A stretch of 64,000 bases of DNA from Saccostrea cucullata (lineage: Eukaryota), in NCBI RefSeq assembly GCF_032062105.1, contig NW_026935190.1:496001-560000 (forward strand), given 5' to 3'. The translations under genes and the position numbers were made by a program. The notes beneath the pieces are model-generated. The model saw only the letters and a program-made list of their open reading frames with translations. It did no database searches and was not told the DNA's origin. Positions 49,801 through 62,500 of the stretch are shown here, piece after piece (positions within the stretch are counted from its first letter, which is position 1; each line of letters begins with the position of its first letter).

Positions 49801-50650
49801 GCTGATACATTGTTGTTTACTCTATGGGTTTTCATTACTAAATTAACATAACTGCTGATACTTTTTTTCATTACTCCTTAGGTTTTCATTACTCTTTAGA
49901 TTTTCATTACTGATTTAACACAACTGCTGATACATTGTTTTTTACCCTTTAGGTGTTCATTACTGGTTTGACACAACTGCCGATATGTCCTGTGATCGAT
50001 TTTTCCCTGTTTTCCTCCTATACAATGGTGGAGTTCTGAATGCTTTCGGATGGGCCTTTCAAGCTGATCTGTCCTCAACAAGATACGAACATCCTTCACA
50101 ATCATCATTTGGGGTAAGCATGTTTGACATTTTCTCATTCGCGAAGAACTGTATATATAAATAGTATCTTTTAAGTATCCACTCTCTTATACAGGACTTC
50201 ATGGTACTTTATAATCACTTTTAAGTGTTTTATTTCATGTTCTTAATAACCGAATTCAAGTATAGGTATTATTTATTTAATGCACTAAAACTAAAGCATA
50301 TTTACTTTAGTTTCAATGGTTCTTTTAAAACATATCTTCACAATTCAATTAGTAACGTTTTGCGATTATCAAATCTAACTAAAATGTTACTTATTTAATA
50401 AGAGAGTTACATGTATCACTGCTAAGTTATGGTAGTTGTTTTAAATCCATCCATAATCATTCTCTATAACTTTCGAAGAAAACAAATGATTTGATTTCAA
50501 TGCTTTTTTTGTTCTACATTAAGATTTGTTGTTTATGTTTTCCAGGCATTCATGAAGGTTGTGCCAAACTGTCTACGTGACGCAGGAAAACTTTCAACAC
50601 TACACATTTACCTTAATGGAAACCCACAGACAGATTTGTTGTGCAACTAA
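46819..50650 (+). CDS. Uncharacterised secreted protein, paralog B, 280 aa, intact 8-exon gene
   Basis: join(46819-46885, 47031-47060, 47663-47764, 48113-48213, 48432-48537, 48694-48864, 49953-50113, 50546-50650) = 843 nt, open throughout, all GT-AG. Signal-peptide-like MAVSTYINLVVLAGVCNG, 6 Cys in the mature chain, AATAAA ~25 nt after the stop. Confidence 0.92.
49120..49985 (+). repeat. Degenerate ~53-bp tandem repeat derived from the intron 6/exon 7 junction of paralog B
   Basis: Unit approximately TACATTGTT...TTTAG|GTGTTCATTACTGGTTTGACACAACTGCTGA; spacing 53 bp (e.g. CATTAC at 49780/49833 and 49905/49958); interrupted at ~49380-49660. Confidence 0.85.
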
Positions 50651-50901
50651 AGGTGTTTTTGTATAAAATAATGTAATAAATAAAATTGAATATAAAATCC
50701 ATTATCTTGTGTATTTTTCGAATCAGTAAATAGGTAGGAAAACTATAATGAAATTAATAATCAGAATACAAAAATACTACCTGCGATTGAAGCTATGAAT
50801 TTCACATCTATAATTTTTAATCTTTTGACCACTAAATATTTCGATTCTTCGATTATTTGAAAAAAGTAAAAATGCGAGTGAAATTTCATTGAATATTAGA
50901 A

Positions 50902-51101
50902 TACTGTAATATAATGTAGATAAATAAATTTTGCGATACCTTAATTACTTTTACTCTTTATCAGCGAAACAAAATTTTCACGAATAATGGTTACTGCTCT
51001 TACAATCTTAAAAAATACTAATATACGCAAAAATGGTTCCTTTCCGCAATTACATTTTACGCGAAAATAAAGTTACCGCAAATTAATAATGATTTACAGT
51101 A
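50902..51101. mobile_element. Degenerate TA-flanked MITE (TACTGTAA...TTACAGTA)
   Basis: Terminal inverted motifs and internal GCGAA/TTCGC-type repeats. Confidence 0.45.
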
Positions 51102-53387
51102 TATTGATGTAAGAGATCGATCGAAATTCTCAAATTGAATACTCTCTAGAAATTACAAAATTTGAATTTTCTTTACATCTATAGTTTTGAATTTAAAAGA
51201 ATAAGAATGATATCTTAAACAAAAAAATATCTTTTCAAAGAAAGTCTATATTTTCAAGTGTGTTTGTTATTGAAGAAGTTGTTCTTTTCAAGTCCCTGTT
51301 TCCAAAAATTGCGGAATTATTGAATAGACTGTGTTGAAAATGTAACACGTATTAGGGTGATTTTTGATAGATTTGCCTTCTATGCGACTGATGTTTTTAG
51401 ATGCTACTATCACTAATACCTTCAGGTACAAGCTTATTTTTGCAATAATTTATTCAGATAGATTATTTTTCAAGTTATTTAAATTCTAACTTTGTCGTGT
51501 TTACACTGGGATATTTAAAAAAAATATCAACAGTTTTCATTGATGTGTTTTGATTATAATTTTATTGTTGTTTTAGTTTTACCTATGTCCATTAATCCGA
51601 TGTTTATTTCCATGTCTTTACAGGTTTCCTCTGTGTCTGTCCGTCTGTTTGTCTAGCTTTCCCTCTGTCTATCTGGCAGTCTACCCCATGCACTTGATTT
51701 TTAGCATAATTTTCGAAACAGACTAAATGTTTTGACGTATGAGTGCATCTTGATGAGTTAAAGATCAAGTTGGCATATTGGTTTGCTTAAATTACTTTTC
51801 ATGGATTTTAAATTTCTAGGCCTTTTCTGGTATTCTTTTTCTAAACACTTGTAAAATATTGAGCTGAATTTCTTTAACAATGAATCTTTGCTCTAGATTA
51901 CTTGCATGTATGTGGTATTTTAAAATCAAAATTGTATTGTAAAAGTCATCTTATCTTCAAGGTGATTCCCTTAAGGATACTTCAAGAGGAGTTCCTAACT
52001 GATGAATTCTGCAAAATTGCCATTTTTCTGTATGAAAACCCTTCATTTTCTTGATATAGTGCATGCAACATCCATCATGATTGCTTCAATATTATTCACT
52101 ATAAACCAGTAAGGCAATTAGGTTTTCTAACAGTTCTTGTTTCCTATTGACCATTCGTCCTCATACATGTAGTATTACGATTTCATACAAAGAGCAAATG
52201 ACACACAAGTAGGCAATGGTGTGAAAAGTCAATATTATCGATGAAAGGCAGAAAAATGGAAATATGTTTAATTACCTGCATTGGATACCTGTTAATCTAT
52301 ATAAAGCTATAAATCTGGATTCAAAATATTAACCGGAGGCCATGCTGCTTATTTCCACTGAATCTAATTATCTTCGTATTTGATTTGGACATTATTTAGA
52401 AATGACGTTCTCCTGTCTCCTGTTAGTAAAATTAGAATCATTAAATGACTTTTCGGTGTAATTTTTCCCGTCTTTAATATGATGTGTTGCCTAATTTATA
52501 GTTTTAAAAAGTTCAATTTCCTTACATATCTCTAGGAAAATGAATTAATAAGGTTGAACATAAAAGAAAAAATTGAAAGTCGGTAAAGATGAATGACACG
52601 CTGTGTTTTCGGTTCCATACAAAGTCACCAATCAAAAATGAATGAAATAAATGAACATGAACAGTTACGTTTTGTCGATACGATCTAATATTTCTACCTT
52701 AATATTGGTGATAATTGGAAATTTACAAATGTATGAAAACTGCAGGTTTATCATTCATCATGGATTTTTAGTTAGAAATTTGCTTTATTCACTCGATCAA
52801 ACCATACTACAGGAAACTGACAATCTTACGAAGTAATTCATTAAGAAGTAATGGAATTTATCGAAGAGATTCTACAAAAATTCTGAAAGTGGTCATTAAG
52901 GACGTCAAAGTGTTGCATAATTTTTCATAAACTGCGACTCAATTAGTAGTTTTTCAAGATACACAAATCTAATCAATAGAATGTGTATAGATGACATTTT
53001 GGAATTTCATGAATTGCTGTATTCTTTAGGTAGAAGTCTTATTACCATGACAATTGGTGATGGTTGTTTATGCTCGAGCGTGACAATGCTGCTTTGCTAC
53101 ATATTTCTCAGTTCCTGACAAGCAAACGTGTACGATGCATTACGGAAGCTGATCAAAAGCCACTTTTGCGCTAGGCCTGCCATTATTGGATGCTGATATT
53201 GAAGCTACATATAACCGTTGTGGCTATCGAAAGAATGGTTACTTAATTTTTATTGGTGCATTGTTAATGATGTATTAACTTCCGACCCTATATATACGGC
53301 ACTTAACTTTCGATGTCTGTACGACCCTGCATCTCGGATCATAAATGGAAAACCAAAACGTTATTTTTTACACAAAACCACCTTAAC

Positions 53388-56300
53388 ATGATTTTTATTA
53401 AACTGTGTGTAGTACTTTTCGTACCTCATATGATTAAACCCGCTTCCTCCGCCTTAAATATAACAGTTGGGATACTAGCACCACTCAAAGGACCCAAAGT
53501 GTTTGGAAACGAAATATTCCATGTGATTAAGGATACATTCATTCTCATTCGAGGTGAATCCAGATTTTCTGAAATTCAGAGACTTGGTGTGAATTTTATT
53601 TGGAAATTCCGAGATACCCACTGTGATATTGGACAAGGTCTCTATGAATTAGTGTCCATTATGGACTTTGAGTCGGGTGGAGGACAAGATATAGATGCCT
53701 TCATAGGTAATTTTAATGCATTATCCTTTTTTTTTATTTTCAGCTGCTGTATAACAAAAACTAAAATAGGAACAACGATGCATGTTCAAGAAATCTTTCA
53801 TGATAAGATTGAGTCCACATTATAACTATCAAGTCAATGTATAGACATAGTCATAGACGTTATTTCAAGTATAATATATTTTCCTATGAAATTATTTGAC
53901 TTGCAAGTAGGACAGCGTTCTTTTTACTAATTTAAAATTAAATGTTGGAATTTGTGTTTTAAATCACTAGTAGAGGATGAAAAATATGATCTTGTTTTTT
54001 TTTTTCAAGCAAAAGAAGAAATCTGTATCACATGTATATCTTATTTGACATATTCACAGCATGCAGTGAGTGGATAAAAATGTCTTCTTTTAATGAATAT
54101 GAATAATCAATATCCCTCTGTTTTTATTTAATAATGCTACAAATTACATTGTTATGATACACACACCTGATAATATTCGAAATGTCAGCTACCCCTTAAA
54201 CACAATACTTTCTTCAGTTCAAGCTCTTTTGGAAATTTTTGAGAGATGTAGAATATTTGGGATTAACACCAGGTATTTAACAGATTGAAAAACTCGAGAA
54301 AAACAATGCAAACACGAGGAAATCTTCATATACTGTTGAAAATTTACTTAAAAGAAAATAAATTATGGTCATTTTCAGTCTGTATTCCATCTAATAATTT
54401 CTAAAACTGAACAACGAGGTTACAACACGCTAAAAAGTAAAGTTTGCAAAAATGACTCTGCAACGCCAACCAAATTGAATTCAGTTCTGTAATACTTTTC
54501 AACAATGGGTATTTTACTTGAACGTATACAATTGCTTATTCTATCTTTTAAAAAGTTCCGGAAATTTTACCTCAAATCAGATTCTATGCATTGTCATTAG
54601 CAATTGACATTTCCAATGTTGTTGCTCTTTGGTATAATGAGTCGTGCTAGATGATAATATAACTTTTTCTCCACTTTTTGTGAAGGTAATCACGCAAGCT
54701 TTCAATTGCCTTATCCATATTCCTCACTTAGGCCCCGTTTGTGACGACGTTTGTGAAGCTGCTGGCCATTTGGCGAAAAAATGGAATCTTCCAATGATCA
54801 GTTTTGGATGTGCAGAAAGAATACTGTCAAATAAAATACTGTACCCTACCTTCGCTCGAGTCTCTACACCGTACATGGAAATGGAGAAATTCATTGAGGA
54901 CACAATCAGGCATTTTGGTTGGAATCGCGTTATCGTTGCAGAAGGAGCTGAGAAAATATGGAGAGAATCAGCGGAACATATAAATGTAACAGTATAATTT
55001 TCTTAATTGTAACATTAATTAAATACACTAAATTTATTAGTACTGAAATGAGAAGAAAAAAACACAGAGTTTTAGTTTTCTTGATGGATAAAAAATTGAT
55101 AAATTATGTTCATAAATATTGTGATATGGTTAATTAATGAAGAAATATTGTTAAGATTTTTTAAAATCATTTTCTTTATATAAGATATTTTTCTAGAGAT
55201 TTTTTTAAAAAATGTATAATGAGAATACATGTATGTGTAGATATTTTGGCGGTTGACTTCTCTTTTTTCTTTGAGATCTTTTGTAATTTTCCTTATCACC
55301 ATAACTCTGGAAAAAAAGAATGGTATAATTACTTGATTCTCAGTATTATTCTATGATATAATTAGTTATCTCCTTTTTTTATTCTTTCCTCTGTAAAAAG
55401 CCGGGTTGTTTTCTCTTGAAAATTTTATTTATTCTTTTCCTAAATCACGCATTTGTCCGCCTACAAATTGATCTATCTAACCTGCGACTCTGGAAATTTT
55501 TTTTAGATAATTGGTTGACATTTTCGAATAAGAATCAGTAGTGATACTTAGGCAAAGAGTTGCCAATATGTGTCCTCTTTAAGCAGTTCCTTGTAACACA
55601 ATCTTTACATTTAATGACCATGCATATAGAATTCCTTCAACAAAGCAAAGAATCAGTCCCTTGGCATCTTTAGCCTGTTACACTCTCTTAGATTTCAAAT
55701 CATGATTTATCAAATTTCGAGTCTTTTCATTTTCTCGTTCACCATATAAACACGAAAAAAAAAAATAAATAAAAAGAAGGCAGAAATTGCGACTTCTTAT
55801 TACGTAGACTTTCAATATTATTGTTTTTAAAATTTTATATTTTATAGCAAAATGTAGAACAAGACTATACATGTATCAAAGGAACAAATCAAATTTATCT
55901 TGTTACTATGCAACCAACAGTCCCTTAGGCTAAATAGGGAATCCCTAGATAAAAGTACTTTTTTAAAGTTATAAACTCAGTTTAAATTGTGTACAAGGAC
56001 TAAATGTCCGTTGCTTGTATGTGCAGGTAGGGAAGGAAAAACCAAATATTTTGAACATTATAATACATTGTTTCCATTCTACATATTTCTTGTGAATACC
56101 CTCTTGTCATAACTGAAAATTAGTACGACAATATGCTAAGTACCCTAAAACAGATATTTGGCTACAATAAGGAACCGAACGTTAAAACAGAAGTACCTAA
56201 AGCATTTATGTCACAATTTAATTTCTGCTTAATCAAATTAGAAGTCATCATAACAATTTTTAAAACACCTTTTGCGCATTAAATTACTTTGCATAAGCTC

Positions 56301-59300
56301 CGTGTAATTGTATGTCAATTGAACATTATGGCAAAATTTAGTCAAATGCCACTTGTCGGTGGTCAGCTATAGGTACTTGTGCTATATTTGAGTGATTTGT
56401 TTATCATTAAAACATGTTTACAGACACTTTGTCATTATGTCAAATGGATCTCCTTCTGCATAAGGTGACGTGATTTGCAAATGACGTCATAAAATCTGTC
56501 AATAATTCAGTGTGTATTTAATGGCCTGTTCACAGAGACTTTAATTCGCAGTAAATTAATGCGAAGTAAACTAACGCGAATCAAACTAATGCGAATTAAA
56601 TTGCGTTCACGCGACAGCTAATGCGAAGTAAACTAATGCGAATTAAAATTTTACTTCTGCAGCCCGGCGTCAGCATAGCTAATATGACGTCATTTGCAAA
56701 TCACGTCACCTTCTGCAGAAGCAGACCCATTTGACATAATGTGTATACACATTTTAATGATTAACAAAATTTTCCATATTTTTAAAATAGCACAAGTATT
56801 TTAGCTGAAAAATTAAGAAAATTAGTCATGAATTTAATCGAATTTTTCCATGTCACACAAACAAAATATATCCAGATTGCTAATTACATTAAATTCTTGT
56901 GAACGCAGAAAACGGTAATTTGTTTAATTCGTTAAACTCTCCGTGTGAACAGGGCATTAATTCGCATTAGTTTAATTAATGTGTAAATTTAATCAAATAT
57001 TCGCATTAGTTTACTTCGCATTAATTTACTGCGAATTAAACTCTCCGTGTGAACAGGGCATTAATTTCTGCTTAATCAAATCAGAAGTCATCATAACAAT
57101 TTTTAAAACACCTTTTGAGACTTGTTTTCACTTACTCGTAGTAATTGTATGTCAATTGAACATTACAAAATAGGAGCATAGCAAACAGGGACCTCCAAAA
57201 CATAAGAGGTGGGGAAGTGAGTATGACGTCACCTGTCACACCTGTCGTGTGCATCCAAAAAGTTAGAAAAATCTGTCAATAATTCAGTGTGTATCTAATG
57301 GCCTTAATTATTAATTAATATGAAAAACGTCAGCCAGAATATGCCTTAATGATCAATTACTAGTATCCAATTTTCATTCCAATGCGTGGTATATTGAATG
57401 TTTAGTCAAGTTATTTATGATTATACAAACTTTTTTTTAAAAACTCTTTCATTTTCCATATGCTCTATATCATCACAAGAATCAATGGAACAGCAATCAA
57501 AACATTCATACAAAAATACAGATTGTTCACTGGCGATTAATATCCTACATGTATATATTTGCAAATTCATAATTCTCGCTATTTATTCAACCATTTATTT
57601 GGATGACTTAAAAATTTAGATTTGGGGGTATTTTTCTCCATCACAGATAACTGTTTCTCCAACAAAAATGAAATTCAAGATTTTTCCATTTTCATATTTT
57701 ATGATTAGTAATCTTAAAAATAACTTTCTAAAAATCACATAAGTATTGTGGGGTTATTAATAAAAGGATGCTAAAGTATCAGATGACAATATCTACTTAG
57801 TCTTAGAATGTCTATGGATACTGGTCGACCTTTTCACCCGCTTAATATTTATATGAAGCAGAATTTATCAAAAGATCCTACATTAGAAAAAAAGAACAGA
57901 CATACTATTGTCTTTATTCAGATACATCAGCGATGTTTTAAATTAAATTAAAATTCCATTTTTGACTGGATAAACTCAGTATCCAAGCAAACTCGAAAAG
58001 ATATCTGTTTCATATCGGCCCCAAGACCATAAACTGAGAACAGACTTCAGTAAAAATTTAAAAGCAGTGTAACTGTTGATAATGTTGATAATGAATCAAA
58101 AAGTATATATATTTGAATTCAAACTAGAGAATTGCAATTTATTTTAGCAAACACGTCAAGCAATATCAAAGAATTAAAACAAAGTTAGACTTAAGTTTGT
58201 TTACAGTTTATGGTCTTGGGGCCTGATTGTTTTACTAACTTTAGAGGTTAATAGCTAATTAACAACAAACTTGCTATTCCATCGTAAACTTGCCTTTTTA
58301 TGTAGTAACATTCCGATATATTGAGGGTTATGTCTCTCAATTTATTTGATACTCAAGAGCAAGGTGAATCTTGTAAACCCAGACAAAACTGGCAAATAAA
58401 GAACTGATAAACAAACTACCATTTGTTTTTAAAAATACGTTTAAACTAGCACTTCGAAAATTATTCGGTCGTTATAATGATCGCGTTTGTAAATGAAATC
58501 TGTGATTGGCTTGTGTTTTGTCTATTTTATATCAATTCTAAAATATTTTAATTCTTAATTTCACTGCGGATTACTCCGTCTTTCTAATCAATACATGAGG
58601 TCACGGAAGGTGACCCAGGTCAGCATGGGACGTTTTCTCCTCCTGGACACTTGATCCCAACTCTTGTACTTTAACTATCTCTTTAAAGCATAGTGCCAAG
58701 ATTATTTTAATCAATCCTTGTTCGATCGTTCCATCAACTTTACTTACATTTCTGCTGAACCATAAAAATCAATCAAAATCGGTACCCCAAGCAGTTCTCA
58801 TAACCATCACTTGGAATAACTCTTTATACAAAATTTGTACACATTAAAAGAATATATCTATGCTCATTTGACGGAATATTTTTTTATTTAATTATCTTAT
58901 ATCTATAAATAGGTGGAACTTGAAAAACATGGTTTTGATGTGAACTTATTAACAGTTTACAACGATCCTGTATATCTAACACATCACCTTGAAAGAGAAT
59001 CCAAAACAACAAGGGGTAATCTCTCTCTCAGTCTCTCTCTCTTTGAATTTTTTTATGTTAATAGAATGATCGTATTTAAAATAGTTTTTATAATAGAATT
59101 ATTTATTAGAAGTATATTCGTAAACAAATGAGTAAAGACAAGTTCCTTCTAGCTACGATCTTCGGAATGGATATTGATTAAAATATAGTTGTTTTTTTTA
59201 AATCAATGCTAAAAAGATCTTTTTGCTACATAACAAAAAGACCAGTTACTAGCTATAAAAGTAAAGAGTAATTCTCCTTCCTATTCATACCTGTATAGAG

Positions 59301-59504
59301 TGGATTTATTTTTTCTGACCATAAGTATTTGTCTTTTAGTTTTCCTAATATATGCTTACCCCAGAGACATCATGGGTATAATGTGTGCTGCGGCTGAAAT
59401 AGGTCTACTTAACGGAGAGTACGCTTTTCTGACCATCGACTTTGGTCTGGCCTTTGATGAGAAGGAATTCGATGAGAAGAAATGTCCCCATAATGTCACC
59501 GATG
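53388..59504 (+). CDS. 5' exons of an ANF-receptor-domain membrane receptor (natriuretic peptide receptor / receptor guanylyl cyclase-like); continues beyond the last exon found
   Basis: join(53388-53706, 54732-54985, 58913-59015, 59340-59504, ...), in phase; alternative start at 53313. Signal peptide and periplasmic-binding-fold motifs DTHCD, DAFIGPVCDDVC, WNLPMISFGC, LSNKILYPTFAR, HFGWNRV, GEYAFLTID. TM, kinase-homology and cyclase exons are not in the window, so GC activity is inferred only. Confidence 0.87.
56522..57060. mobile_element. MITE with G(G/C)CCTGTTCACA TIRs (PIF/Harbinger-like), rearranged
   Basis: TGGCCTGTTCACAGAGACTTTAATTCGCAGTAAATTAATGCGAAGTAAACTAA mirrored at 57005-57060; TTAA on both flanks; 15-bp AACTAATGCGAA repeats; extra right-end copy at ~56933-56960. 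Confidence 0.7.
58017..58223. mobile_element. MITE with 20-bp perfect TIRs
   Basis: GGCCCCAAGACCATAAACTG ... CAGTTTATGGTCTTGGGGCC. Confidence 0.75.
58290..58670 (+). mobile_element. Penelope-like retroelement 3' fragment
   Basis: Decayed SNIP/VSQ and RLK...FRKLFGRYND motifs plus the recurrent tail. Further tail fragments at ~47325-47400 (+), ~57175-57260 (-) and ~60940-61030 (-). Confidence 0.55.
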
Positions 59505-62500
59505 GTAAGTACCGGGCTATTTTACAATCAAAGCATTTACATTGATTGAGGCTGATGGTCTGCTTGTATATTTCTTCTTTTAATTCATATTTGCTAGAAT
59601 TTATCGCAGTATGCTTAAAAAATGTTACAATTATTTCTAATTCTTTGATATAATTAAACATAAGGTAGATGAAAATAATTATTATGATTTTTATTAAGAT
59701 TATTAAGAACGAGGAGAAAAACATATATAAATCTGCTTCTTGTCGTGTATTTTATAAAAATAAATTTAAATTAGAAAGCAAAATTAGAAATCGTCATTCA
59801 TAAATAAAATCGTATTTTTTTCAATTTATTTTATTTGAAAAGTATTGGAATTTGAGTTTAACAATAATAAATCGGCATATTTATTATATTTTGCATTTTT
59901 AACTATGCAACAATTAATAGACAAAAGGAACTTTCTTTTTTCTGGAAGGTCATGCTTAGTACATTTTTTCTTTTCTTTTTTTTTAAACTTCAAAGATAGC
60001 CTTTTTACATGCATGAAAAAAGCTGCAGCTTTTTTCTGTCTTTAATTTCTGTGCTTTCTATTAGGTTAATGTAATCTTATAAGGCAATATTTACACTTTA
60101 TAAATGTGAATATAATTTTATAATGCATCTTTTTAATGCAACCTTTACATTTTTAAAACAAGGAAGGTAAACTTTGATTTATTTTTAAATGTATTGATCT
60201 ATTATGATGAAAATCGAGTAGGTGTTTGCGTTTTTTATAATACCGAAATTTTTTTGTCGATATAGATTCCGGAAAACTTGTTCCACACCGTTTATGAGAA
60301 ACCTCCAGGAGACGATTAATGTTAAAACTTTGATGTCATAATGTATATTACGTGATTTTAATTTCCATCTACACGAATGTAATCACTTTTTCAATGGATG
60401 TAGATAAGTCGACGTCGTTGTTTAACAAAGCACTGGATGATTTTTCTTTAAAGCTTTGAAAAATAGTTTATTCACTACAATATATTTATAATTAATCAAT
60501 ATAGTACTAGTACCTCTGATAGCTTCTGTTCACAGAAAAGAAAAACACTTTAGTATATATACAGTTAATCGTGTAAGGAAAACATTTCATTGCAAAATGG
60601 TTTTTTACCTCAAGATAATTGACATTTCTAATTCTGAAGGGATTGTGGAAATGCACTTCAAAAATGTTATAATAAATATATAATTCATAATTGCATATCG
60701 TTCTGCATATCTCTTATTTCTTCAAAAAATAGAAGGAAAAGTCTTTAAATTAATTACCTTGAGAGTATTAGCTTTGCATGGATTCAAAATATTTAAATTG
60801 CGTAGACACAGCTAAATTTCGTACGGATATGAACATGTTCCATTTTTATTTAAATGTACTTAACAATAAATAAATGATATGGAAATAAAAAAAACAATAT
60901 TCAAGCTCAAAAAATATTAAAACAAAACAAATCAAGGGTTAAGCAAACATGAATTTTTATTACATCATAGGTGGGATCAGGTGTCATGAAGAATTGAATA
61001 TCCCTTTCCGACCAGTCAGACTCGGCTTGTGCTTCTTGTAATGATCGTGTGATTCAGTGTGTGTAAATAATGGACTAACAATATGTATGATAAACTTTCA
61101 GCAAGCATTTAACTTAATGACAGGTAGAATTTGCCGATAAAGACCTTGTATCTACCAATAAATGTGTAATGATAATTTCAAAAGAAGATTTTTTAAAAGG
61201 AACATCTTTAAAAATATGTTTAAAAAATTAAAGTAATCAATCTTTCAAGATTGAAAATTGCGTATTTGGCATTAAAGCATTTAATGACACAAACTGTCCA
61301 GAAGCTTATTGGAAAATAGATGGAACTGATTGTAATTCCATTCAATAATCTCTACAGCAATTTTCAAAACCTAAAGTGCCATTAGATTTGGAGAAATGTT
61401 GCTCTTTAAAAAAAAAAAATTTCCAACTATTTACATGGCATCAACATTTCATATATGATCATGGACAATTGCAACTATAGTTCAATACCAACTATATAAA
61501 TTTAGCAATTGCTAGTAACATAAAGAAAAAAATGTAATATTGTTTTATCTCAAGATACAAGATGATTTCAATCTTGTTAATTTTTTTTTACAATTATACG
61601 CTTCGCATTATTCTATCAGGAAGAAGTACTAATGATAATACGAAATGATATAAATAATGCTAGACGTTTGATGATATCTAATACCTCATCTAGATTGGAT
61701 TTTGTACGGTTTTAATACTAAGGTTTATTCTTGCAATTTCAGGCCAAGATGTATCAATTACATAACATAGTTGGTTTCATTGAACATAAAATTGAAGTGA
61801 ATATGAACAGTATTATTCGATTTGAATTATTTAAATACAAGGAAGTTTTAAAAACTTAATACTTCACATATGTAAATTTTGATCGGTAGTGTGTACTGAG
61901 TATTGTCTCTGATAAAATGACTTGTGAACATTAAGTCAATCACAGATTCCTCTAGACAGTTTTTGGTGGAGAAACATTAAAAAGGCTGTATTTCAGAGAT
62001 ATGATACCTGGAATTCAAAGATAGTTGATATTTTATCCCATGTTCACTTGAATAGGGTTAGGTTAAAAGGTTTAGAAGCGCAAAAACCCTAGCCATAACT
62101 TTGAAGCAGAGGAATAGTATAGGCTGAATTAATTATCAAAGTTCGACAGATTTCATTTTTACAAGGATTATGATTCAGGAATTGCAATTACATTTAAGTA
62201 ATATTGCACATTTTCTTTTATAAATCAATTCTAGAAAAAAGCCATTACTTTTGTTTTGTAAGTTTAATTATGACAATCCATATATGCACTGGAAGCATTC
62301 CAGACCGTAACAAGGTACGGTTGTTGACGAACAACAAAAGGCTTTCTGTGAAGAAAGAAAAAAGAGATTAAGAAAGAAAAAAAGTCAAATTTGTCTCTTG
62401 AAAACAATAATGCCTAGTATTTGTCCCCAATAAACCATCAAAAGAAACATCTTCCATTTCGTGACAAAGTTCTGATGCATATAGAAATTTGCTATAGATA

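Noticed and set aside
46819-59504. Ligand-receptor 'operon' of the secreted pair and the ANF-type receptor
   Set aside because: Only adjacency supports it. The secreted proteins look like folded globular domains rather than peptide-hormone precursors.
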